The translations under genes and the position numbers were made by a program. From an uncultured archaeon (lineage in GTDB: Archaea; Aenigmatarchaeota; Aenigmatarchaeia; PWEA01; JAGHBM01): a stretch of DNA of 64,000 nt. Of this stretch, positions 39,417 through 52,068 are shown piece after piece. Position 1 is the first letter of the stretch, and every line of letters begins with the position of its first letter. The notes beneath the pieces were generated by a model that saw nothing but the letters and a program-made list of their open reading frames with translations, had not been told where the DNA came from and ran no database searches. Location: positions 1 through 64,000 of the forward strand of contig CAZOZN010000004.1 of the NCBI GenBank assembly GCA_964584335.1, written 5' to 3'.

Positions 39417-40088
39417 TTATTTCCATAACCAGCCAAAGAGCCCTTTGTTGTTTTTTTCTTCTTGTGCCAGTTCTCTTAGCCTGTTTTGTTCTTGTTCCAT
39501 ATTTTGTATCTGCTCCTGCATCAAGGACTTTACTTCCTCGCTGCAATTGCATTCTTCTCTCAATCTTTCCAGTTTTTGTAGCCTTTGCTGGTTTCTGCTT
39601 ACTTGGCCTTGGATTTGGTCAGCAGCTTCTTCGTCCCCACCAGAGATAAGTTTTGAGAACCATCCCCTGTTTTTTATTTTTTCTTCTGCGTTTAAGGTAG
39701 TTTTAACAGAGTTGTTAAATTCTCTTGCTATCTGTGAGATGTTCCTGCCTATTCCTCCTGTGAAATTTTCCATTGCAAGAAGAGAATGAACCGCAAGCCT
39801 TACCCTGTTCTGGTTTTGACGTATACTTCTAACTCTTTCACCCAATCCTTCTGTTTCCTGGTTCATTTCTGTCCTCCTGTTTCTTATCATTTCTCTTATT
39901 CTCTCTACTCTCTGGACAGCTATTTGATTCCTTGGACCTGATTGGTTGTTTTCAAAATCAGAATCATTAAATCGGTCTATTATTTTGTTTTGTTTTTGTC
40001 CCGATGAGATGTTGTTTCCCATGTTTGCTGCAAGAACGACTGAGCTGAACATTATCAACGAAAACATTATTGCTATTATTTTTTTCAT
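39417..40088 (-). CDS. Secreted coiled-coil hypothetical protein
   Basis: Signal peptide, Q/E/R-rich helices, C-terminal KGLFGWLWK. Confidence 0.8.
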   Translation of the reverse strand: MKKIIAIMFSLIMFSSVVLAANMGNNISSGQKQNKIIDRFNDSDFENNQSGPRNQIAVQRVERIREMIRNRRTEMNQETEGLGERVRSIRQNQNRVRLAVHSLLAMENFTGGIGRNISQIAREFNNSVKTTLNAEEKIKNRGWFSKLISGGDEEAADQIQGQVSRNQQRLQKLERLREECNCSEEVKSLMQEQIQNMEQEQNRLRELAQEEKNNKGLFGWLWK

Positions 40089-40198
40089 AAAAAACTCCTT
40101 TATAATTTTAAAAATATTATTATAAAAAGTTAGTGGACCGAGTTTAACTGTTTTAATTCAGAAAATTACCCCGTCCTGGCGATTCTGCGCAAAATTTA

Positions 40199-40375
40199 CT
40201 ACCATTTTTTCTTTTTCTGGTAACAATCTTTGCAGAAAACAGGCTTGCCTTGAGTTGGTTTGAAAGGAACTTCACATTCTTTTCCACATTCTGAACAGAC
40301 TGCCTTATGCATTTTACGCGGACCAAATTTATTATTAAATCTTCCACGGCTTTTACCTTGGTTAAAGTCTCCCAT
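40199..40375 (-). CDS. CxxC-x17-CxxC zinc-ribbon protein (58 aa)
   Basis: MHKAVCSECGKECEVPFKPTQGKPVFCKDCY; SD AAGGAGGT; not in the ORF track. Confidence 0.92.
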   Translation of the reverse strand: MGDFNQGKSRGRFNNKFGPRKMHKAVCSECGKECEVPFKPTQGKPVFCKDCYQKKKKW

Positions 40376-40511
40376 TATATAACCTCCTTTTAAATAACAC
40401 TAAGAGAAAAAGAAAAAAATCTTTGACTCGTTATGTATTTTTATTATTTTTTGTAAAACATACTTATATAATAATTTGAATAATTAATCAAAAATAAATA
40501 GGTAATATTAT

Positions 40512-40628
40512 TCATTTAACTGTTTTTTTCCAACCGCACCTAAAACATCTATAACCTATTTTCCCTGTTACTAGCGTGTAGTTGTTTTTGACCAGAAGGT
40601 CATTTCCACATTTTGGACAATTTTTCAT
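40512..40628 (-). CDS. 38-aa CPxCG zinc-finger micro-protein
   Basis: MKNCPKCGNDLLVKNNYTLVTGKIGYRCFRCGWKKTVK; SD GGAGGTGA. Confidence 0.8.
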   Translation of the reverse strand: MKNCPKCGNDLLVKNNYTLVTGKIGYRCFRCGWKKTVK

Positions 40629-40767
40629 ATTATTCACCTCCAAGTTTAAAGAAAGATATTTTGTTCTTAATTTCAAATCAAGAAAAAAAATCGTTCCAAA
40701 TTCCTTATATTAGTTATGTTTTTATCTTAATAAGCTTGATTATTTCTAAAATATTAGAATTAAGTGT

Positions 40768-41004
40768 TGGTGGACCGAGTGGGATTTTCAAGATTTTTCT
40801 TTTTTGCACAGAGCGCCTCAAATTTTTCTTTTGGGACGCGTAGATTTTCTTTTGTGAAAAGAAAATATCCGCTTTTGAACCCACGGCCTCCTGCTGTTTC
40901 GTTACGAAGTAGCGAAAATTTGAATCGCTATTCCATATTGCAAAGCAGGCGATCTAGAGCGGGTGATGTTAATCCACACCGACCATCCGCTGATCTATCG
41001 GCCC
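40768..41004 (-). tRNA. tRNA-Ala(UGC) with three introns: 40956-40985 (D-loop 20/21), 40896-40938 (37/38), 40785-40873 (T-loop 59/60)
   Basis: Removing three BHB-bounded inserts gives a 75-nt cloverleaf with G3:U70, A73 and CCA. Confidence 0.92.
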
Positions 41005-41049
41005 AAACTTTGTATTAAATAATCAATAGAATTAATATAAATGTTTAAT

Positions 41050-41706
41050 TCATCCTTTTTTTATCCTTTTGTTTAATTTTTTGTAAGTATCATTGAAAAG
41101 ATAAACATCTTCTATTTCATAATCATGCTTCCTAACTACCTTGAAAACTTTTTTGTATGATTTTCTGCACGGAATTATTGATTTTGGTTTGAGTGTTATT
41201 TCATTTCCCAATATTTCTTCTATTTCAAATGAAGCCAGGCCTGCATAAACTTCTGCATCAATCTGGGGCTTTACACCCTTCAGTCCGTTTTTGTTCCATT
41301 TGAAGTAGGCAGATGGTCCTACCCAACCGTGGTATGCGCACATGTTTCTGTTGTTTTCCCTGTCAATTCTGCTGTTTGCAAGCTGTATCCCGAAAACATT
41401 TTTTCTCAGCGAATCCTTTGATACCATACCTGGAATTTTGCGGGAACCGCTCCTTTTTATTATTTTTCCTTCTTCGTCCGTGTCCCCGAAGTACTTGTCC
41501 ATGTCATTGAGGTAAACCCCGTCCGGTTCTGTCATTTCTATTAGGACGTCATCAGAAGTAAACAAACCTGCCTGAAACTTGGTGTTTTTTTGCTTTCTCT
41601 TACCTACATTCATGTATGATATGCTGGCTTCATATATCTCTTCTATATCAGGTTCTCCGTTTTTTATTTGATTAAATATAAAATCCGAATACTCGCTCGA
41701 TTTCAT
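41050..41706 (-). CDS. Hypothetical protein
   Basis: 218-aa ORF filling the tRNA-23S gap; no motif recognised. Confidence 0.7.
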   Translation of the reverse strand: MKSSEYSDFIFNQIKNGEPDIEEIYEASISYMNVGKRKQKNTKFQAGLFTSDDVLIEMTEPDGVYLNDMDKYFGDTDEEGKIIKRSGSRKIPGMVSKDSLRKNVFGIQLANSRIDRENNRNMCAYHGWVGPSAYFKWNKNGLKGVKPQIDAEVYAGLASFEIEEILGNEITLKPKSIIPCRKSYKKVFKVVRKHDYEIEDVYLFNDTYKKLNKRIKKG

Positions 41707-42044
41707 AACTAAGTCTTTGAGGCAAAAACATTTATCCTTAAAACAAAAATTAAAGAATATTTCGTCAAAAAGTACCGTAAAAAGTGACAGAAACCTTTAA
41801 ATACATGTTATATCCATATAATATTGCTTTATTAGGTGTCTATTATGAAATAAAACAGGGCTTGCACGGACTTTTTACAGTCTTTTCTGCCCTGAAGATT
41901 TTTCGTGCAGACACCTTTATATGCGGTTTTCTATTTATAGGGGATAGGAAACTAAAGGTCAAATAAAAGGCAATGATTAAGTGAACACCATTTGAGCGCG
42001 TGGCGCTATGATATCAAGACGATCACTTGAGGCTTTTAATCATG

Positions 42045-42099
42045 AGACCATCATAAGTCTAGAATACTCAGGCCTGACCAGCTGGATATTTAAGAGCAC
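42045..42099 (+). other. Pre-23S processing stem 5' arm (pairs with ~45105-45177)
   Basis: AGACCATCATAAGTCTAGAATACT/AGTATTCTAGACTTATGATGGTCT and CTGGATAT..AAGAGCAC/GTGTTCTT..GTATCCAG with a BHB-like centre. Confidence 0.85.
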
Positions 42100-42102
42100 T
42101 GC

Positions 42103-45097
<2,995 letters not shown>

Positions 45098-45227
45098 CAT
45101 TTTTGTGTTCTTGTGTATCCAGGTTTCAAGGCCCAAGACTTTGCGTCTTGTAAAGTATTCTAGACTTATGATGGTCTTTCCAAATTATTATAAATATTTA
45201 CAAACAGACTTCAGTATAGGAGTTAAA

Positions 45228-45521
45228 ATGATTTTGTTTTTGTTAGGTTTAGTGGATATTATCGCAGGTATTATTATGGTTTATCCTGAAATATTTTCTT
45301 CTGTCTTATTTTATTTCGGTTTTATAGTTCTTTTAAAAGGAATTTTTTCTTTCGCTTCTTCTGCAATGAAAAATTATTGGCTCGATTGGATGGGTATTGT
45401 TGATATTATAACTGGAATGATTATTTTATTTAGTTTCTCTATACCTTATTTCTATATCTTACCTATTTCAAAAGGATTTTATACTATACTTTTACATTAC
45501 GGTACTAAGAGCTATATTTAA
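45228..45521 (+). CDS. Small integral membrane protein (97 aa)
   Basis: ATG 45228 with AGGAG; repeated G.VDII.G helices. The longer track start overlaps the 23S processing stem. Confidence 0.75.
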   Translation: MILFLLGLVDIIAGIIMVYPEIFSSVLFYFGFIVLLKGIFSFASSAMKNYWLDWMGIVDIITGMIILFSFSIPYFYILPISKGFYTILLHYGTKSYI

Positions 45522-45581
45522 TTAAATTGCTTATTTTAGACAAAAGAAAATGTTTTTAAGTTAGCACTTCTAATATAATTC

Positions 45582-45668
45582 ATGTCAAAGAAAAAAATAA
45601 TAATAGGGGTCATAGTAATTGCTGTTTTAGCATATGCTGCCTATTCAATGGGATATCTACCAATCTAA
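45582..45668 (+). CDS. 28-aa single-TM micropeptide MSKKKIIIGVIVIAVLAYAAYSMGYLPI
   Basis: Basic N-terminus plus hydrophobic helix; TATA-like TTTTTAAG ~29 nt upstream (leaderless). Confidence 0.55.
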   Translation: MSKKKIIIGVIVIAVLAYAAYSMGYLPI

Positions 45669-45740
45669 TTTTTATTTTAATTAAAGATAGATTCTGTTCT
45701 TTTATTTTAAGCTTTATATGCTTTTTTATGTAATTTTATT

Positions 45741-46111
45741 TGGTGTGTTGCGGAATTGGCTGCCGGTTATACGGATGATAATCTCTTGTTCACAGCTTGA
45801 GGTAATCCAACTGAGGAAGCTCCGTCCACCGTTGAATCATGGCTGTGCAAGCAGCTAGGCAGAGATGCCTAAGTCAGTATCAGAGACGAACCATTTTGTC
45901 TTAAAGATGATATTAATTGATGTTTGACAAAAGTGGATGAAACGGACTGGCTCATGTGGTGCAAGACCAAGTAGGCTGCAATGATGAAGGAGCAGTGGGT
46001 AGGTCGCTAATCCAGCAATAGCTGGGGCGATGACGAATGCCAAAAAGCTTTACAGATGACCCATTTTCGTGGCAATAAGCTTTACAGAAGACGGGCTAAC
46101 CCAACACACCA
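45741..46111 (+). ncRNA. rnpB: RNase P RNA
   Basis: P1 TGGTGTGTTG/CAACACACCA; CR-I GAGGAAGCTCCGTCCA and CR-V ACAGAAGACGGGCTAA form P4. Confidence 0.93.
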
Positions 46112-46152
46112 TCACATTTCTACTATTTAATATTTTTTACCCTATTTTTATC

Positions 46153-46632
46153 ATGCCAACCGAGAAAATTGAAAATTTCTACATAATAGAACCTCATCCG
46201 AGAGACAGGGGATGTTCTATTTTTGAGTATAGGGACGAAAAATTTGAAGAAATATACAAGGATTTTGAGGTCAAATCCAACATAAAATATAGCGAAATAA
46301 TGAAAGAAATAAAAAAACATCTCAAGGGATTGAGAGGAGATTATGTAGTTTTTCCTGAAATCAAAAACACAAATGAATTCTGGTCATTTCAAAACATGTT
46401 CGATAAGAATTATTTTTCCGGTCACGTTTGCGACGATTTTAAAGTATATGAAATAAATGATGACTATAAAATATCTGAAAAACCCATGAATGGAGAAGAT
46501 GGTATTGTAAAGGTTAGAAAATATAATTCTCTTAGCAAAAAAGACTCTAAACATATTATAAAGTTCTTTAGGAAAAATATTTTTTCTGATGACGAAAAAC
46601 ACTTGGTGCGTTTTTTAAGAAAACTGTTTTGA
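46153..46632 (+). CDS. Hypothetical protein
   Basis: ATG 46153 preferred because the upstream GTG lies inside rnpB. Confidence 0.65.
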   Translation: MPTEKIENFYIIEPHPRDRGCSIFEYRDEKFEEIYKDFEVKSNIKYSEIMKEIKKHLKGLRGDYVVFPEIKNTNEFWSFQNMFDKNYFSGHVCDDFKVYEINDDYKISEKPMNGEDGIVKVRKYNSLSKKDSKHIIKFFRKNIFSDDEKHLVRFLRKLF

Positions 46633-46669
46633 TTTTTATATATAATCCTTACCAACTATTAATGGTTTT

Positions 46670-47659
46670 ATGGTCAAAGTAGCAATAAACGGTTTTGGAA
46701 GGATAGGAAGAGCTGTTTTCAAGATAGCTATTGAAAGAAAAAATAAAATCGTTGCCATAAATGATTTGACTGATGTTAAAAATCTTGCTTATTTGTTAAA
46801 ATATGATAGTGTTTACGGCGTCTACGATAAGAAGATATCCACAAGCGGAAAAAATCTTGTTGTGGATGGAAAAAAGATACCGGTTTTTAGTGAAAAAAAC
46901 CCCGAAAAATTACCTTGGAAGAATCTCAAAGTTGATGTTGTAGTTGAGAGCACTGGCTTCTTCCGCGACCGACAGGGAGCAAGCAAACATCTTAAGGCGG
47001 GTGCCAAGAGAGTTCTCATATCTGCTCCATCCAACGATGCAGATATAACTGTTGTAAAGGGTGTCAATGATTCTAAAATAAAAAATCAAAAGATTATAAG
47101 CAATGCTTCCTGCACAACAAATTGTTTTGCTCCTATGGTTAAAGTTCTTAATGATAGTTTTGGAATAAGGAAAGGTTTTATGACCACAACACATGCATAT
47201 ACCGGAACTCAGAGAATACTAGACGGCCCACATAAAAAATGGAGAAGGGGCAGGGCTGCCGCCGAATCAATAATACCCACTACTACAGGTGCAGCAAAAG
47301 CTGTCATAGAGGTTTTGCCTGAGATGAAAGGAAAGCTCAATGCAATGGCGATGAGAGTTCCAATACCCGACGGTTCTGTTGTTGACTTTACTGTCCTGCT
47401 TAAGAAAAAAGTCACGGAAAAAGAGGTAAATCATGTTTTTAGGAAAGCTTCCAAGGGAAGAATGAAAGGTATTTTGGATTATACTGAGGACGAGATTGTC
47501 TCATCGGATATAGTAGGAAATTCTAATTCATGCACAATAGACGGGCTCAGCACCATGGTAAACGGTAATATGGTAAAAATTCTGGGCTGGTATGATAATG
47601 AGTACGGTTATTCTTGTAGAATGGTAGATATAATCGAGAAAATTTCAAAGAAGCTTTAA
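46670..47659 (+). CDS. gap: Glyceraldehyde-3-phosphate dehydrogenase, class I (bacterial type)
   Basis: INGFGRIGR, SNASCTTNC, WYDNEYGYS. Confidence 0.97.
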   Translation: MVKVAINGFGRIGRAVFKIAIERKNKIVAINDLTDVKNLAYLLKYDSVYGVYDKKISTSGKNLVVDGKKIPVFSEKNPEKLPWKNLKVDVVVESTGFFRDRQGASKHLKAGAKRVLISAPSNDADITVVKGVNDSKIKNQKIISNASCTTNCFAPMVKVLNDSFGIRKGFMTTTHAYTGTQRILDGPHKKWRRGRAAAESIIPTTTGAAKAVIEVLPEMKGKLNAMAMRVPIPDGSVVDFTVLLKKKVTEKEVNHVFRKASKGRMKGILDYTEDEIVSSDIVGNSNSCTIDGLSTMVNGNMVKILGWYDNEYGYSCRMVDIIEKISKKL

Positions 47660-47686
47660 ATTGGACACGGACTAAATATTTTTTGT

Positions 47687-48844
47687 ATGCTCGGTACAGA
47701 AATGGGTAATTTCAAAACAATGGATGATTTTGATTTTAAAGGAAAGTTTGTTTTAGTTAGAGTTGATGTTAATTCTCCGGTAATTGATAAAAAAATACAG
47801 ATGAATGATAGGATAAAAAAACATGCCTTTACTTTAAAGGAAATTTCTGATGAGGGTGGTAAGGTGGTTGTTTTGGCTCATCAGGGCAGGCCCGGAAGTA
47901 AAGACTATTTTCCCAGTTTGGAACAGCATTGCAATTTTTTGTCTGACTTTTTGGATGTTAATTATGTTGATGATGTTTTGGGAGAAAAATCTTTGGAAAG
48001 TATTAAAAAAATGAAAAGTGGAGAAGTGTTGCTTTTAAAAAACATAAGGTCTCTGAAAGTCGAGTTTAAGCCTTCATCTAATAATGAAATAGTATCTAAA
48101 TTGTCCCCTCTTTTTGATTATTTTGTTAATGATGCATTTTCGGTTATGCATAGAAAACAGACATCGGTTGTTTCTTTTCCCGCAAATTTAAAATCATGCA
48201 TAGGAAGAGTTGTTGAAAATGAACTAAATGCTATAAAGGAAATAAAGGGAAAGAAAATGTTATATGTTATGGGCGGTGCAAAACCGGAAGATAATTTAGT
48301 ATTGATAAAAGATTCTTCTGTAAGCAAGGTTCTTTCTTCTGGTATATTTTCTTTGCTTTGTTTGATGGTCGAGGGATGGAAACTTGGAAAGGAAGAAGAT
48401 GTTTTGAGCGATAAGAAAATACTTTTGCCTGATATAAGAAAATACATAAGTAAGATAGAAACTCCAGTTGACCTTGCCTTTGATGATGGTGGCAGAAGGG
48501 AAATCAAGCTCAATGAGCTTCCTGTTGATAAAGAAATTCTGGATATTGGAAGAGATACTATAAGAAAATATTCAAAGGATATAGAGGATGCAGAGGCTGT
48601 TTTCTTCAAGGGCCCTGCGGGAATGTTCGAAAAAAAAGGTTTCTCTGAAGGTACTGTGGGTTTGCTGAATTCTATAGCTGATAGTGATTGTTTTTCCATG
48701 ATTTGTGGTGGACATTCTTCTCATGTTTTGAATTCCTTTAATATTGAAAAAAGTAATTTTTCTCATGTAAGCATTGCTGGAGGAGCTTTGATTTCAGTAA
48801 TGGCCGGGAAAAAACTACCGGGCTTGGAGGCTCTCAGAGTGTGA
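47687..48844 (+). CDS. pgk: Phosphoglycerate kinase
   Basis: VRVDVNSP, AHQGRP, VNDAFS, GGAK, SHVSIAGGA. Confidence 0.96.
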   Translation: MLGTEMGNFKTMDDFDFKGKFVLVRVDVNSPVIDKKIQMNDRIKKHAFTLKEISDEGGKVVVLAHQGRPGSKDYFPSLEQHCNFLSDFLDVNYVDDVLGEKSLESIKKMKSGEVLLLKNIRSLKVEFKPSSNNEIVSKLSPLFDYFVNDAFSVMHRKQTSVVSFPANLKSCIGRVVENELNAIKEIKGKKMLYVMGGAKPEDNLVLIKDSSVSKVLSSGIFSLLCLMVEGWKLGKEEDVLSDKKILLPDIRKYISKIETPVDLAFDDGGRREIKLNELPVDKEILDIGRDTIRKYSKDIEDAEAVFFKGPAGMFEKKGFSEGTVGLLNSIADSDCFSMICGGHSSHVLNSFNIEKSNFSHVSIAGGALISVMAGKKLPGLEALRV

Positions 48845-48851
48845 ATATAAA

Positions 48852-49823
48852 ATGTACGATGTAATAACTTTAGGTTCGGCAACTTTGGATGTTTTTGTTT
48901 ACACAGAGCTATCGGGCATAGGTAAAAAATCAAACAAATTAATTGCTTATCCTTCCGGATCAAAGATACTCATAAAGAAACTTGATTTCATGACTGGTGG
49001 TGGAGGAACCAACACTGCAGTTTCTTTTTCTAGGTTGGGGTTGAAGACAGCCTATTTGGGAAAAATGGGGAAAGATGATAGTGCTATAAGAGTTTTAGAA
49101 CAACTTAAAAAAGAGAAAGTTGATTTTATAGGACCTAGAAGCGGTAAGGATTTCACTGCCTATTCCGTCATACTTGACAGCAAAGAGCACGACAGGACAA
49201 TACTTACTTACAAAGGTATAAGCAATTCCATGAAATTTAGTGAAGTTAAAAAATCAGGTTTAAAGACAAAGTGGTTTTATTTTTCTTCTCTCCTTGGAGA
49301 TTCTTTCAAAACCCAAAAGAAAATTGTTGATTATGCAAAAAACAATAAAATAAAGGTTGCATATAATCCCAGCGAATACCAGATAAAAAATGATAATGTT
49401 AATTATATAGTAAAAAGGTCTGATGTTCTTGTTTTTAACAGGAGAGAAGCCGAGCTACTTACTGGAAAAAATAAAGTTAAGGAACAGCTTCGATTTGCTT
49501 CAGAACTCGGTCCCAACATAGTTTGTATAACAGACGGTCCAAACGGAGATTATGTTTATGAAAAAGGTAATGATTTCTTTTACTATATGAAACCGCATAA
49601 AATAAAGATAGTAGAGAGGACAGGAGCAGGTGATTCTTTTGCATCCTCTTTTGTTACAGGGCTGATAAAGAAAGATGACATAGAATTTGCAATGAGGCTT
49701 GCTCTTGTAAACTCTGAATCCGTTATAATGTACCACGGTGCAAAGAACAAGCTTCTTGGTTACAAAGAGGCTTTAAGAAAGATAAAGAACAGAAGGATTA
49801 AAATAAAAAAGGAAGTGATGTAA
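48852..49823 (+). CDS. PfkB-family carbohydrate kinase (candidate 6-phosphofructokinase)
   Basis: GGGGTNTA..RLG, N..EA, ERTGAGDSF. Confidence 0.9.
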   Translation: MYDVITLGSATLDVFVYTELSGIGKKSNKLIAYPSGSKILIKKLDFMTGGGGTNTAVSFSRLGLKTAYLGKMGKDDSAIRVLEQLKKEKVDFIGPRSGKDFTAYSVILDSKEHDRTILTYKGISNSMKFSEVKKSGLKTKWFYFSSLLGDSFKTQKKIVDYAKNNKIKVAYNPSEYQIKNDNVNYIVKRSDVLVFNRREAELLTGKNKVKEQLRFASELGPNIVCITDGPNGDYVYEKGNDFFYYMKPHKIKIVERTGAGDSFASSFVTGLIKKDDIEFAMRLALVNSESVIMYHGAKNKLLGYKEALRKIKNRRIKIKKEVM

Positions 49824-50593
49824 TGAAACTAGGCAAATTATTAAATAAAGGAAGAGCAATTTTTCTTGCATATGACCAGGGAATCGAACACGGTCCCACA
49901 GATTTCAATGACTTGAATGTTAACCCCGAATACATAATGAAGATAGCCTATAAGGGAAAATTTAATGCCGTTGTTTTTCAGAAGGGCATAGCTGAAAAAT
50001 ACTACAACGGAAAAGTTCCTCTCATTTTAAAGTTAAACGGAAAAACAAATCTCGTTAAAGGAGAGCCCATTTCAACTCAGGTATGCTCCGTAGAGGAGGC
50101 CATAAAAATAGGAGCAGATGCCGTTGGATATACTATATACATAGGTTCGGAGCACGAAAAGGAAATGTTTAGCGAGTTCGGTAAGATAGAGGAAAAAGCA
50201 CACTCTGCAGGTTTGCCTGTTATAGCTTGGATATACCCAAGGGGAAAATCTGTAAAGAATGAAACCTCAGCCGATAACATGGCTTATTCTGCAAGGGTTG
50301 GTCTGGAACTTGGGGCCGATATAATAAAGATTAAATACAACGGAAATAAAAAAGACCTTTCATGGGCGGTAAAGTCTGCTGGAAAGTCTAAGGTGGTTAT
50401 AGCAGGCGGTGTGAAAAAAGGAGAAAAGAAGCTAATAAGAGATACCTACGATATAGTAAATAGTGGTGCTGCGGGGCTTGCTATAGGTAGAAACATATGG
50501 CAAAATAAAAATCCTTTTAAGATAACAGAGGCACTCAAAAAAATAATATTTGAAGATAAGGAGCCTGAAAATGTTTTTGAGGTGTTGGGTTGA
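49823..50593 (+). CDS. Archaeal-type class I fructose-bisphosphate aldolase (DhnA family)
   Basis: AYDQGIEHGP, WIYPRG, ELGADIIKIKY, AIGRNIWQ. Confidence 0.95.
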   Translation: MKLGKLLNKGRAIFLAYDQGIEHGPTDFNDLNVNPEYIMKIAYKGKFNAVVFQKGIAEKYYNGKVPLILKLNGKTNLVKGEPISTQVCSVEEAIKIGADAVGYTIYIGSEHEKEMFSEFGKIEEKAHSAGLPVIAWIYPRGKSVKNETSADNMAYSARVGLELGADIIKIKYNGNKKDLSWAVKSAGKSKVVIAGGVKKGEKKLIRDTYDIVNSGAAGLAIGRNIWQNKNPFKITEALKKIIFEDKEPENVFEVLG

Positions 50594-51244
50594 ATGGTTT
50601 TAGTAACTAACTTTAAGACCTATTCTGAGTCAACAGGAAAAAACTGCTTAAAGCTTGCGAAGATTCACGAAGAGGTCAAGAAAGAGACTGGAAAAGATAT
50701 AATCATTGCTGTACAAACTCCTGATATACTCAGAGTTTCAAAACTTGATATACCAGTTTTTGCGCAACACTGTGACCCATTGAAGCAAGGAAGGAATACG
50801 GGATTCATAACCCCAGAAAGTTTAAAACAGGCGGGTGCTGTTGGTGTAATGTTAAATCATTCTGAGCATCCCATGGATATATGGGATGTCGAGAAAGCAA
50901 TATGTATTTGCAAGGAAAAGGGGTTGAAGACCCTAGTTTTTGTATCTGATATATCGGAGGCAAGAGATTTAAAATCTTATAAACCCGATTATATGGCTTT
51001 TGAGTTGCCTGAACTTATAGGTACAGGTAAGCCCATATCTTCCGAAAGACCGAAAGAGCTTAAAGAATTTGTTAAAAACGTGGAAAATTCCGGTATAAAA
51101 TTGCTATGCGGTGCAGGTATTTCAAAGGGCAAGGATGTTAAGGTTGCTGTCGGTTTGGGAACAGAAGGTGTTGTAGTTGCTTCTGCTATAACAAAATCTG
51201 AAAACCCAAAGAAAACCATAAAAGAACTTGTAAAAAATCTTTAG
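50594..51244 (+). CDS. tpiA: Triosephosphate isomerase (archaeal type)
   Basis: NFKTY, AQH, LNHSEH, E.PELIGTG, CGAGI. Confidence 0.95.
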   Translation: MVLVTNFKTYSESTGKNCLKLAKIHEEVKKETGKDIIIAVQTPDILRVSKLDIPVFAQHCDPLKQGRNTGFITPESLKQAGAVGVMLNHSEHPMDIWDVEKAICICKEKGLKTLVFVSDISEARDLKSYKPDYMAFELPELIGTGKPISSERPKELKEFVKNVENSGIKLLCGAGISKGKDVKVAVGLGTEGVVVASAITKSENPKKTIKELVKNL

Positions 51245-51246
51245 CT

Positions 51247-52068
51247 TTATATGAAAACTTTTTCTATATAACTCAGTACATCACTTGCCATTAATGATTG
51301 TTTTTTTGTTTTTGCAGCAATATCTCCTGCCGAGCCGTTTATGAAAGCAGCGGCACATGCGGAGTCAAACAATTTGTTTCCTTGTGCTATAAGAGAACCA
51401 CAAATACCAGCAAGTATATCTCCGGTACCTCCCACTGTTAGAAATTGGTTTCCAGTCCAGTTTTCAAGTGTATCTTTACCGTCTGATATTATATCCTTGG
51501 AATGCGTTAACAAAATTGTGCATTTGTATTTTTTTGCACACTTCTCTACGTTTTTTCTTGTTGGTTTCATGTCAAATAAATTTCTGAATTCTTCTGAGTG
51601 TGGCGTAAGAAGGAAATTTTTCTTTATTTTACTTTTTTCAATGCATCTCAGAGCGTCAGCATCTACAACAACAGGTTTTTCAGTTCCTTTTAATATATTC
51701 CTCACTGTTTCTTTTGTCTTTTTTTCTCTACCTATCCCACCGCCTATTACTATTGCATCACATTCTTCTTCAAATTTTTTTATTATTCCCAGATGCTTAT
51801 CTTCTATGTAATCTCCGCTTAAAGGATAAGTAATCATGTCTGGAGAGTATGAAGCAACCATGTTTGCCGGTCTTTCGGGTGCGACAATTTTTACTATATC
51901 TACTCCCGTTCTGTATGCCCCTACTGCATTAAATATAAGTGAACCATGATAAGTTTTATTACCACCTATAACGAGCAAAGAACCGAACTGATACTTATGT
52001 GCTTCTACTTCTCTCTTCGGGTATACTTTGTTTATAATATCCCTTGTTATTACAAATGACAACTCCAT
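51247..52068 (-). CDS. nnrD: ADP-dependent NAD(P)H-hydrate dehydratase
   Basis: HKYQFGSLLVIGG, VVDADAL, LTPH..EF, GGTGDILAG. Confidence 0.92.
   Translation of the reverse strand: MELSFVITRDIINKVYPKREVEAHKYQFGSLLVIGGNKTYHGSLIFNAVGAYRTGVDIVKIVAPERPANMVASYSPDMITYPLSGDYIEDKHLGIIKKFEEECDAIVIGGGIGREKKTKETVRNILKGTEKPVVVDADALRCIEKSKIKKNFLLTPHSEEFRNLFDMKPTRKNVEKCAKKYKCTILLTHSKDIISDGKDTLENWTGNQFLTVGGTGDILAGICGSLIAQGNKLFDSACAAAFINGSAGDIAAKTKKQSLMASDVLSYIEKVFI

Noticed and set aside
45098-45227. 5S rRNA downstream of the 23S
   Set aside because: The sequence is the 3' arm of the processing stem followed by a promoter-like stretch; no 5S motifs.
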